Shown here piece after piece: positions 32,567-41,521 of a DNA stretch of 64,000 nt (positions are counted from its first letter, which is position 1; every line of letters starts with the position of its first letter). The stretch lies in NCBI GenBank assembly GCA_963817915.1, contig CAWFQL010000016.1, positions 96,001 to 160,000 on the forward strand, written 5' to 3'. Origin of the DNA: an uncultured candidate division Zixibacteria bacterium (lineage in GTDB: Bacteria > Zixibacteria > MSB-5A5 > UBA10806). The position numbers and the translations under genes were made by a program. Under the pieces are notes generated by a model. It was not told the DNA's origin, did not search any database, and saw only the letters and a list, made by a program, of their open reading frames with translations.

Positions 32567-34716
32567 TGGGAGCGAACACCAGAAAAATACGACTCGACGA
32601 AATCCTCATGCGTGAGGGATTTATTGATAAAAATCAAGTCGCGGAGGCGCTGCTTCGTCAAAAAGCCCATGGCGGCAAATTCGGCTCCCAGCTTCTCTAT
32701 CATCGCTATATCGACGAGCCAACCCTGGTCAAAGCGCTTTCAATTCAATTCGAATGCGAAGGTATCGTGCTTTCCGAAATTGAAATTCCGGATTCGGTCA
32801 TTAAACTGATTCATCCGCGATTGGTGACTTCGCGAAAGATCATTCCATTCGAATATGACGCCAAGGCCAATATCCTCAAAGTGGCCTGTATTGACCCATC
32901 GGATCCGAATGTAATCAACGAAGTGAGCTTCATGGCGCCCGGCAAAAAGGTTAAATTTTATGTGGCCGCCGAACTTGCAATCGAGACAGCTATCGAAAAA
33001 TACTACCTTGGACGAAAAACCAAACTCGATGACAATTTGCTTATAGATATACCCGAAGTTGTTGTCGAGACAAGCGGTAAGCCGGTTCCAAACAAACAAA
33101 TACAGGCACCCGATAAAGCAGGATCATCAAAATCAATTTTGATTATTACCGACGAAGAATACAATGCCTCTTTACTGCAATCCATATTTGAACGGGATAG
33201 CTATAAAGTCCATATCTGCGAAAACATTGAGAAAGCCGGCGAATACGTAGATCGAGAAAGATTTTGCGCCGTATTGATAAGAGACACATTAGAGGGCGAT
33301 TTCAACAATCTGGTCGATAGAATCCGCAGAAATTCGCCTCAGACTCTAATTCAGAAATATAAGACAACATCGTCATTGATATTGGGCGATGATGATTACG
33401 CTGGAGCCGAGGATATCCTCAAGCGCAATCTCGATCTTTTTACATCGATGCTCTCCTCAAAAGACAGTCTTCCCGAAAATCATAGCGGAATGGTCGGTCG
33501 AAATGTTGACAAGCTATGCCGCAAGCTCGGTATTCCATTGAAGGATCGCCTGACCGTGACCAATGCCGGTTATATTCACGATCTGGCCAAATATTATTAC
33601 AGAGAAATCGATCCCAAGGATTACCACGCCATAATTGGATTTTCTATCAAGCTCCTGGAATCATTGGATTATACGCCTTCGGTAATCGGAATTCTAAAAG
33701 CGATGTACAAGGACCTCAAAGGGGAATATGCCCATAATCTTCCGCTGGAAATATTAGGCGGCAATATTCTTACGATAGTCGACCTCTTCTGCGAAAATAT
33801 ACCATTCGATCAAAGGCTGACACTCGACAAGTTTGACGCTGTCAAGAAGAGGCTCAGAGACCTTTCGGGGAAATTATTCCTAAGCGAGGTAGTTGAAGCG
33901 TTTATCTCGATGATTCAGGAAGAGATTTTGAATATTCAGACAATCGGCAATGTCGGCCAGATAATGCTTTATACCAATGATCCCCAGGCATCATATCCGC
34001 TCGAATTGCGATTGAAGAATGAAGGCTTCCGCAATATCACTGAAAATTCGCTGGAGGCATTCGCCGAGCTATATCATAGATCGCGGCCTGATATTATTAT
34101 TCTAAGTCTCAGGGGTGAGCCTGAAAAAATAATCGATGCTATCGATGAGCTTGCTCGCTTGGGGCTCGAATACAAAAAGACCCCTACATTCCTGCTCGTG
34201 GATATATCTAAATCATCCAAGCTGGCGCCGCTTTTTGAAAAAGGAATCGAGGATGTTATCTCCAACGATGCCAATTATGATCTGCTGATTGTCAAAATGC
34301 GAAAGATTCAGGCCCATCTCGAAGAAGAAGCCAGACAGAGCATAGATCCGAAATCAGCCAATAATGAAGTTGTCGGGGCAAGAGGACGGCTTTCGGATAT
34401 GAACCTGATCGATCTAACCCAGGCGCTTGCCCCAGGAAGACGGACCGTGAAGATAACTGTAATTAACCAGGATTCCAGTGATGATAAGCTTATAATTTAT
34501 CTAAATAAAGGTAGCATTGTATTCGCCCAGCTTAATGACAAGAAAGGTCCAATGGCTATCTACGAAGGTATGGCGTGGTCTGATGGCGCCTGGGTAGTCG
34601 AACCTATTACGCCCGATAATATTCCCGAGCCCAATAATGATCTCTCCAACGACGCTATCCTCATGGAAGGCGCCTATCAACTCGACGAAAGAGTCAGAGC
34701 CGGAAAATTAGTCTAA
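32566..34716 (+). CDS. Multidomain signalling protein: MshEN/GSPII_N, receiver-like, HD, receiver-like, DUF4388-like
   Basis: RLDEILMREGFI..ALLRQ..KFGSQL; LKVACIDP; ENHSGMV..AGYIHDLAK; ILTIVDLF; RGRLSDMNLIDLTQAL..IYLNKGSIVFA..AILMEGAYQLDE; 1-nt overlap with pilT stop. Confidence 0.75.
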   Translation: MGANTRKIRLDEILMREGFIDKNQVAEALLRQKAHGGKFGSQLLYHRYIDEPTLVKALSIQFECEGIVLSEIEIPDSVIKLIHPRLVTSRKIIPFEYDAKANILKVACIDPSDPNVINEVSFMAPGKKVKFYVAAELAIETAIEKYYLGRKTKLDDNLLIDIPEVVVETSGKPVPNKQIQAPDKAGSSKSILIITDEEYNASLLQSIFERDSYKVHICENIEKAGEYVDRERFCAVLIRDTLEGDFNNLVDRIRRNSPQTLIQKYKTTSSLILGDDDYAGAEDILKRNLDLFTSMLSSKDSLPENHSGMVGRNVDKLCRKLGIPLKDRLTVTNAGYIHDLAKYYYREIDPKDYHAIIGFSIKLLESLDYTPSVIGILKAMYKDLKGEYAHNLPLEILGGNILTIVDLFCENIPFDQRLTLDKFDAVKKRLRDLSGKLFLSEVVEAFISMIQEEILNIQTIGNVGQIMLYTNDPQASYPLELRLKNEGFRNITENSLEAFAELYHRSRPDIIILSLRGEPEKIIDAIDELARLGLEYKKTPTFLLVDISKSSKLAPLFEKGIEDVISNDANYDLLIVKMRKIQAHLEEEARQSIDPKSANNEVVGARGRLSDMNLIDLTQALAPGRRTVKITVINQDSSDDKLIIYLNKGSIVFAQLNDKKGPMAIYEGMAWSDGAWVVEPITPDNIPEPNNDLSNDAILMEGAYQLDERVRAGKLV

Positions 34717-34813
34717 ATCCGCATTTAGTTAGATTATCTCTAAATTATTTATTAATATAATACGAATCCTGGGCCTTCCGGGATGCTGAACTTGGGGAAA
34801 TGGAGATTTAGCG

Positions 34814-35272
34814 GTGAGAAGAAATGATAAGGCGATAAAAGATTTTATTGAAATAGAAGATATAATCAAGCGCGCCATCGTTTGCCGCGTGGCACTGAGC
34901 GATAACAAGATTCCATATATAGTACCGGTAAATTTCGGTTATAAAAATCAAATTCTATTTTTTCACTGTGCCCGCGAAGGGAGAAAAATCGATATCATCA
35001 GGCAAAATAGCAATGTCTGTGTAGAATTCGATATCGACCACGATTTAAGTGTCACTGACACCGCTTGCGAATGGAGTTTCAAATATCGCAGCGTTATTGG
35101 TTTTGGTAAGGCGGAAATTATTGATAACCTCGAAGAAAAAAGAGCAGCGCTTGATATTATTATGAACCACTATTCAAATCAAAATTATCAGTATAAAGAC
35201 GAAAAAATCAAAAACATCCTGATAGTAAAAATCACCTTAGATACATTAACCGGCAAGAAATCCGGGTATTGA
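34814..35272 (+). CDS. Pyridoxamine 5'-phosphate oxidase-like FMN-binding protein (NimA-like)
   Basis: PYIVPVNFG, FHCAREGRK, NVCVEFD, YRSVIGFG. Confidence 0.88.
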   Translation: MRRNDKAIKDFIEIEDIIKRAIVCRVALSDNKIPYIVPVNFGYKNQILFFHCAREGRKIDIIRQNSNVCVEFDIDHDLSVTDTACEWSFKYRSVIGFGKAEIIDNLEEKRAALDIIMNHYSNQNYQYKDEKIKNILIVKITLDTLTGKKSGY

Positions 35273-35318
35273 TGACGGATTGAGAATAATTAATTTCCGC
35301 TCTCGCCCAAAAGCGCTA

Positions 35319-36272
35319 TTATTTTTTGTTCAGCAGCAGCGGATGGGCATCCGAATTTATTCCGATTATTTTGGCATCTCTGATGTCGTGGGCTAATATC
35401 ACCGAAGGTCTGGCGTCGTCGAGCCCGAAGCCCCTACCGGCCAAGGTCTCTCTATAGACGATAGTATGCAGGTCGGTGAATCCCTCTGAAAACTCTATTT
35501 CTTCGCCGTCGATTGTGATAGATCGGTAGGTTCTTTTATTGTTTTCTTTTGTTTCTGCAGGCAAATCTGATTTGTCTATCGAAAGATACCATTTCACGTT
35601 GGCATTCTCCAATTCAAGCAAACCCCCGATATGAGTAGAATCGGAAAAATGTACATCGCATTTTTGCGGTTTGCCAAAAAACCAGATTAAAAGATCGAAA
35701 AAATGAATCCCGATATTTGTCGCCAGTCCTCCCGAGCTTTCGATTTTACCTTTCCACGAAACCAAATACCAGGCGCCACGGGAAGTGATATAAGTCAGCA
35801 CGACCTCTTTTTTATGGCTGCTTTTTTCCTTCCTTAGCTTTTCACGAAGAGCCACCAACGATGGATGGACTCGCAACTGAAGGATTGTGAATATTCTATG
35901 GCCGCTTTCGCGCTCCAGTTCCTGAAGGGCATCGATATTCCAGGGATTCAACACAACCGGCTTCTCGCAAATGGCATCGGCCTCTACCCTCAATGCGAAC
36001 CTGGCGTGAGCATCGTGAAGATAATTGGGCGAGCAGATGGTCACATAATCAATCTTTTGATCTTTGTTTTGCCGTCTTAGCTTTTCGATATGTCTGTCGA
36101 ATCGTTCGAACTCAGTGAAGAAACGCACATCATCAAAATAGCTATCCAGGACTCCAACGGAATCATTGGGATCGACAGCCGCCACTAATCTATTGCCTGT
36201 TTCTTTGATTGCTTTTAAGTGTCTGGGGGCTATATAGCCGCCGACTCCAGTTAACGCGAAAATCTTTGCCAT
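35319..36272 (-). CDS. wbpB: Gfo/Idh/MocA oxidoreductase, WbpB/WlbA type (UDP-GlcNAcA 3-dehydrogenase)
   Basis: GGYIAPRH, DPNDSVG, ICSPNYLHDAH, CEKP, SGGLATNIGIHFFD, EFSEGFTDLH. Confidence 0.88.
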   Translation of the reverse strand: MAKIFALTGVGGYIAPRHLKAIKETGNRLVAAVDPNDSVGVLDSYFDDVRFFTEFERFDRHIEKLRRQNKDQKIDYVTICSPNYLHDAHARFALRVEADAICEKPVVLNPWNIDALQELERESGHRIFTILQLRVHPSLVALREKLRKEKSSHKKEVVLTYITSRGAWYLVSWKGKIESSGGLATNIGIHFFDLLIWFFGKPQKCDVHFSDSTHIGGLLELENANVKWYLSIDKSDLPAETKENNKRTYRSITIDGEEIEFSEGFTDLHTIVYRETLAGRGFGLDDARPSVILAHDIRDAKIIGINSDAHPLLLNKK

Positions 36273-36464
36273 TTATTTTATCCCTGCTTGTTTATCGCTC
36301 CATATTAATTTCATACGAGCTAATTATATCATCACCGGCTCGAATTCGCAAAAACTATCTCAGCATATGAATTCCCTGATTATGCGTCTGATGGCGAGAT
36401 TAGTACGCCGATAAATGCCAGAATTGCCTTGCCCGTATCTTTTCTGCGGATTATCATAAATTTG

Positions 36465-36839
36465 ATGCATGAATTGGCGATCGCGGAATCAATTGTGAAA
36501 TTCGTCCTCGAAGAGGCGGAGAAAAGGCATTTCCCCAAAATCATATCGATTAATGTCCGAATCGGCATACTTACTGAAATCGTGCCAGATTCTTTGCAGT
36601 TTGGTTTTGAAACCATTACGAAAGAATCCCCCCTGCAGGGAGCTAATCTCAATATAGTATCGGTCCCGATCAAGGCTGTCTGCCTGGAATGCAAGAATGA
36701 ATTTGAAGTTGTCGATTTTCTATTTGTCTGTCCAAAATGCTCTTCCGGCAATATTAAGGTTCTACAGGGAAATGAAATTGAGATAACCGGTATCGAAATT
36801 GAAGATGAAGTCTACTCCAATGGAAAATCCAAAGATTGA
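36465..36839 (+). CDS. hypA: Hydrogenase maturation nickel metallochaperone HypA
   Basis: MHELAIA N-terminus, CLEC and CPKC, GNE. Confidence 0.93.
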   Translation: MHELAIAESIVKFVLEEAEKRHFPKIISINVRIGILTEIVPDSLQFGFETITKESPLQGANLNIVSVPIKAVCLECKNEFEVVDFLFVCPKCSSGNIKVLQGNEIEITGIEIEDEVYSNGKSKD

Positions 36840-36865
36840 GAACTTGATGTTCTTGAGGCAATTGA

Positions 36866-37537
36866 ATGTCTGAATTAATTCCTCTCGATAAAAAAATACT
36901 TTCCGAAAACGACAGATTGGCCGCCCAAATTCGGGCAAGGCTCAATGAAAATAAAATATTAGCCTTAAATCTGGTCAGCTCCCCCGGATCAGGGAAAACA
37001 AGCTTATTGGAAAAAACCTTAAAGGCATTGAATAAGGATTTAAGAATTGCCATTATCGCGGGAGATGTCCAAACCGAAAATGACGCCAATCGTCTGAAAA
37101 AGGCAGGCGGCAAGATTGTCAGGGCGATTGTCACGGGAAGCGCTTGTCATCTCGATGCCCGGATGATCTCAAAAGCATTAGAAGATATGGAATTAGATAA
37201 GATTGACTTGCTATTTATTGAAAATGTCGGCAATCTCGTATGCCCCTCGAATTATGATCTGGGAGAAGATCAAAAAGTGGTGCTTATCAGTGTTACCGAG
37301 GGCGATGACAAGCCACTGAAATACCCATCAATGTTTCGCCGTTCTTCGACAATGATTATTAACAAAACGGACCTGATAGATTATTGCGATTTCAGCATGG
37401 AAAATGTCTCTAAAAATGCGCTTCAGATCAACGCCAACCTTAATATAATATCGTTATCCTGCCGCACTGGAGATGGTCTCGACAATTGGTACTCCTGGCT
37501 GAAAACTGCTGTAGTACTTAAAAGACAATCCGACTGA
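36866..37537 (+). CDS. hypB: Hydrogenase nickel incorporation GTPase HypB
   Basis: SSPGSGKT, ACHLDA, ENVGNLVCP, EGDDKPLKYP, NKTD. Confidence 0.95.
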   Translation: MSELIPLDKKILSENDRLAAQIRARLNENKILALNLVSSPGSGKTSLLEKTLKALNKDLRIAIIAGDVQTENDANRLKKAGGKIVRAIVTGSACHLDARMISKALEDMELDKIDLLFIENVGNLVCPSNYDLGEDQKVVLISVTEGDDKPLKYPSMFRRSSTMIINKTDLIDYCDFSMENVSKNALQINANLNIISLSCRTGDGLDNWYSWLKTAVVLKRQSD

Positions 37538-37665
37538 GCTGATCACTCGATAAAATAATGGACGATTAAAGTCCATCTTGTTAGTTTGTAAAGCTATTAA
37601 ACTACCCCCTAAATGGAAAAACCCCATAAAGTTTATAAAAAAGTTGTCGAAATCTATTATTGTTA

Positions 37666-37692
37666 TTGACAATTTATGACTTTGGTCATAAA
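37666..37692 (+). promoter_or_regulatory. TTGACA -35 box abutting a 20-bp palindromic operator
   Basis: TTGACA(37666) then tttatgac-tttg-gtcataaa (37673-37692), a Rex-like TTATGA-N6-TCATAA. Confidence 0.55.
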
Positions 37693-37832
37693 AACGGGAA
37701 TTGCATGCGATTAATGGATTAGTCGCTGCGATGCTAAAGAGGGATGAGGGGTTCTAAACAAAGGTAAAATCTCAAAGATAAACTAATAATCTCTATAAAT
37801 ATGGGGAAAGCGACAGTTGAAGTGCCTAAGGT

Positions 37833-37850
37833 TTGTGAAAATAATAACAA
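37833..37850. promoter_or_regulatory. Second Rex-like box upstream of the cytochrome operon
   Basis: TTGTGAA-aata-ATAACAA versus consensus TTGTGAA-N4-TTCACAA. Confidence 0.5.
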
Positions 37851-37875
37851 ATACCAGTTTAAGGACTAAATCGTA

Positions 37876-38829
37876 ATGGACAAAACGTTAAAACTTGTCA
37901 TCGGTGCGGTCACAATCCTATGCCTGTCTATTTTCTTTGCGGCATCTGCGTCTTCCAAGCAATACAGCAGACAGGAAATGATTGAGAAATCCGCGGCTTG
38001 TTTCGATTGTCATTCGGAGCAAGTCACATCTCTGGCCGGAACGCCTCACCAAATCGGCGCCGCCACAGATCTAAAGTCACCAGTAACGGTAGGATGTATC
38101 GGATGCCATGACGGATGGGAAAAGCATCTCGAAGGGCCGTCAACCGAGAACATCAAGAAACCATCCAACGCCAGCCAGGCTGATCAGGCCGAAATCTGCG
38201 GCCGTTGTCACGTGACAACCCATCAGCAGGCGATGGTTTCGACAGACCCTCATGTCCGAGGCAATGTCACATGCCTTACCTGCCATTCGATTCACGGCAA
38301 CAAGACGGCCAAGCTGACAAAAGATGGCGATGATAATTATTGCGCGTCGTGTCATACTAATGTCATGCTTGAATTCAAACGCCGTTCGGCTCATCCTCTA
38401 AATTCGGGCAATATTCGCTGCACAAGCTGTCACGCTCTCTCGTCCATAAAGGACAAGACATTGGCAGTGGGCATCGACTGGACTTGCCAGAATTGCCATT
38501 CCGACAAATCGGGACCGTTCCCGTATGAGCATCCGGTGGTCAATAATCATCTGGTCAATGGCGGCGGCTGCACGGAATGTCATCAACCTCACGGCTCTAA
38601 TAACGATCGTTTGTTGAACGAGCCGGATAGAAGACTTTGTCAGCAATGCCATTCGACTCCGCCCGGCCATTTCACGAATCATGACGGTCTGGGCAGCAAG
38701 CTCGAATGTCAAAATTGTCATTCGGATATTCACGGTTCATTTGATAATAGAAAACTCCTTGATCCCAATTTGGGAACAAGGTATTTCCCGGATTGTTTCC
38801 AGTCCGGCTGTCACATATTCGGCAATTAA
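37876..38829 (+). CDS. Periplasmic MtrA/DmsE-like multiheme cytochrome c
   Basis: Signal peptide; 10 CXXCH plus terminal CFQSGCH; GPFPYEHP, CHQPHGS, CHSDIHGS. Confidence 0.9.
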   Translation: MDKTLKLVIGAVTILCLSIFFAASASSKQYSRQEMIEKSAACFDCHSEQVTSLAGTPHQIGAATDLKSPVTVGCIGCHDGWEKHLEGPSTENIKKPSNASQADQAEICGRCHVTTHQQAMVSTDPHVRGNVTCLTCHSIHGNKTAKLTKDGDDNYCASCHTNVMLEFKRRSAHPLNSGNIRCTSCHALSSIKDKTLAVGIDWTCQNCHSDKSGPFPYEHPVVNNHLVNGGGCTECHQPHGSNNDRLLNEPDRRLCQQCHSTPPGHFTNHDGLGSKLECQNCHSDIHGSFDNRKLLDPNLGTRYFPDCFQSGCHIFGN

Positions 38830-38838
38830 GGAGGGGCG

Positions 38839-40386
38839 ATGAAAACGGTTAACAAAATCTTGATCGCCGCGATTCTGACTATTTTTACCACAAGTCTGGT
38901 ATTTGCTGGTGGCAGCGGCGACCTAAAACTCGGTTATACTTATCTTTCCGATAAGGGAAATCTGGCAATGAGCCAGCCGACATTCAATGATTATAAAGGT
39001 ATCGGGCTCTCTCTTGAAAATTTCAGATATCAGTGCAGCAAGGGAACGATTTTCCGCGCGGACCTGAAAAATATCACTCTCGACAATCGCAATCTCAATC
39101 TCGGTATCGAAAAAGCGGGCCTATGGGGCCTCAACGCCAACTTGAACAAGTATCGCAGGATTTACGATTTCGAAGGTAAGGATGCGACCAAGCGCGACCA
39201 ATTTGGAAGCGATCTTTGGGTAAATCTGAATAAGAGACTGAGAATATTCGGCGGATTTTCATCGATTGGATTGAAGGGGAAAATCGACGATTCATTCAAT
39301 CTCGGCGCGGATGCTCCCCGTCAGATGGAATACAGTCAAAAGAATTACAATGTCGGCGCCAGAATTAATTGCAATGGCGGCATGTTCCAGGCCGAGTATT
39401 TGAAAATAAATTACAAAGATAAAAAGATTTCCGATAGAGACCAGGACCGTCAGAATGTAAGGCTTAACGCTCTGATGCCGGTTTTGAAGAATAATCGATT
39501 GATCGCGTCCGGCGGATTCCAATCATTCGAGACAAAATACACCGCCAGCGGCTTTAAGATCAAATCGAATACAGTTTGGGGCGGTGGCCTTTTGAATTTG
39601 CCGCATCATTTTTCGGTTAATTATAATTTCATCTTCAATCGCGCCGGTTCCGATAGCGATATGGTCAAGACCGACAATATCGCCAATACGGTTTATTTGA
39701 ATCATGTCTGGCCAAATCTCGCCGGTTTGACAGTCGGTTATCAGAACGATATCCGCGACGATTTCGACAAGCAATTAAAATCCAATTCATATTATTTCTC
39801 CGGATGGGTTACCAAAAACCGTTGCGAATTGAGGGCAGACTACGGCTCGCGCGCCGAAGATGTAAAGAAGGGCACGAGACTGGTCGGCAACGAAGACCGC
39901 ACCCGATTCAAAGTTCAGACCAAATACCGTTATACCGATGCCACCTGGCTGGGATTGTCGTACGAGGGCAAGCAACGCAAGAATGATGATATCGGAAGCA
40001 AAGCCGACTTCAATCGCTTTGGTGCTCAATGCGCCGTAAAATTTGGCGATCTGTTTAATCTCAATGGCGGCTATTTCTACGCCACCGGAAAATATAAAAA
40101 TATCGAATCCGAATTCAAATTCACAGATCATGAATTATTCGGCGATATTACATTAAAAGAATTTTGCAGATTAACACCCGGATTCGGCGCGCTTTATTAT
40201 AGAAGCAAACGCGATCTTGATATTGAGCATTTCAATCTCAGATTCAGCGGCACATACAGGCTGGTCTCTGATTTTGAATTGGAAGCGATTTACAACGTTT
40301 ACAATTTCGATGATTTTCTTGTTAGCGACAGATATTATACTTCAAACATAGTTGAAATAAACTTAATTAAGGGATTTTCATTCTAA
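38839..40386 (+). CDS. Outer-membrane beta-barrel, MtrB/PioB-like position
   Basis: Signal peptide, alternating aromatic/polar strands, C-terminal Phe, directly after the decaheme gene. Confidence 0.75.
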   Translation: MKTVNKILIAAILTIFTTSLVFAGGSGDLKLGYTYLSDKGNLAMSQPTFNDYKGIGLSLENFRYQCSKGTIFRADLKNITLDNRNLNLGIEKAGLWGLNANLNKYRRIYDFEGKDATKRDQFGSDLWVNLNKRLRIFGGFSSIGLKGKIDDSFNLGADAPRQMEYSQKNYNVGARINCNGGMFQAEYLKINYKDKKISDRDQDRQNVRLNALMPVLKNNRLIASGGFQSFETKYTASGFKIKSNTVWGGGLLNLPHHFSVNYNFIFNRAGSDSDMVKTDNIANTVYLNHVWPNLAGLTVGYQNDIRDDFDKQLKSNSYYFSGWVTKNRCELRADYGSRAEDVKKGTRLVGNEDRTRFKVQTKYRYTDATWLGLSYEGKQRKNDDIGSKADFNRFGAQCAVKFGDLFNLNGGYFYATGKYKNIESEFKFTDHELFGDITLKEFCRLTPGFGALYYRSKRDLDIEHFNLRFSGTYRLVSDFELEAIYNVYNFDDFLVSDRYYTSNIVEINLIKGFSF

Positions 40387-40402
40387 GAAGGAGAGGGAAT
40401 CT

Positions 40403-41458
40403 ATGAAGAAGATTCTACTAATCACTGCGGCCCTGGCTATCTTGCTGTTCTTGGTTTCTGGATGCGAACGGAAGGTAGTCAATCAGGCTAGCAATGACGC
40501 AAACACAACGTGTTTCATGTGCCATAACGGCGACGGCCGTATCGAGACCGCCGACGCTCAATGGCGGAACTCACTGCACGGTTCAGGCAGATTGACATTC
40601 GACACCAACCGTTCTGGCTGCTCGGCATGCCATACTCAGCCCGGTTTTATTGAACAGGTAAATACCGGCGGAACCGCTAGCGCTCCATATGCCAATATCA
40701 CGGCTATCGGATGCCATACCTGCCATATGCCGCATGAGTCTGGCAATCTTGACCTCAGGACCACAGCCGCGGTCGCGTTGCTCGATGGTTCTACATTTGA
40801 CCACGGCGAGGCGAATCTTTGCGCCAGCTGCCATCATTCTCGTTTGGCAGTATCAGTTATAGCTGATGCCGGCGACAGCATTTCGCTCACAAGCAGCCGT
40901 TGGGGCCCGCATCACGGCCCGCAGGGCGACCTTATCAATGGTACTAATGCTTATGAATATGCCGGAGTCACTTACCCGACATCGAGCCCTCACGCCGCTG
41001 CGATCACCAATGCATGCATTGGATGCCACATGGGCAGCGCAGTGATTGAAGAAGGTTACAAGGTCGGCGGTCATAGCTGGAACATGGTTGACGCGGCAGA
41101 CGAATCTATTAATCTTGCTGACAATTGCGTAGCATGCCATGAAAGCATGCCTGAAGGCGCTGCAAGTTATGACGAAATGACCGTTTCGGTTAATTGGAAT
41201 GGCGCGGATACGACGGTAAATTGCCAGAGCTTCATCGTATTCCTGTCCGATTCGTTACAGACACTACTTGTCGCTGACTCTCTCTTAACCAGCAGTGGCA
41301 GCGTAATTACTCAGACGGTTGAAGCCGGCAAAGCCGGAGCAATCTATAATCTGAAATTTATCCAGGAAGATCGTTCCGAGGGCATTCACAACTACCCATA
41401 TTCATTGGCTCTCTTGACTTCAGCTATTGACTATTTGAATGATCATCCAGCACCGTAG
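40403..41458 (+). CDS. Lipoprotein hexaheme cytochrome c
   Basis: Lipobox LVSGC; CFMCH, CSACH, CHTCH, CASCH, CIGCH, CVACH; GPHHGPQ; EDRSEGIHN. Confidence 0.88.
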   Translation: MKKILLITAALAILLFLVSGCERKVVNQASNDANTTCFMCHNGDGRIETADAQWRNSLHGSGRLTFDTNRSGCSACHTQPGFIEQVNTGGTASAPYANITAIGCHTCHMPHESGNLDLRTTAAVALLDGSTFDHGEANLCASCHHSRLAVSVIADAGDSISLTSSRWGPHHGPQGDLINGTNAYEYAGVTYPTSSPHAAAITNACIGCHMGSAVIEEGYKVGGHSWNMVDAADESINLADNCVACHESMPEGAASYDEMTVSVNWNGADTTVNCQSFIVFLSDSLQTLLVADSLLTSSGSVITQTVEAGKAGAIYNLKFIQEDRSEGIHNYPYSLALLTSAIDYLNDHPAP

Positions 41459-41474
41459 GATCATTCTCTAAGAT

Positions 41475-41508
41475 AAAAGCCCTCGTCACAATGACGGGGG
41501 CTTTTTTT
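41475..41508. terminator. Bidirectional intrinsic terminator
   Basis: aaaagccctcgtca-caa-tgacgggggcttttttt. Confidence 0.85.
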
Positions 41509-41521
41509 ATTGGCTGTTTTT

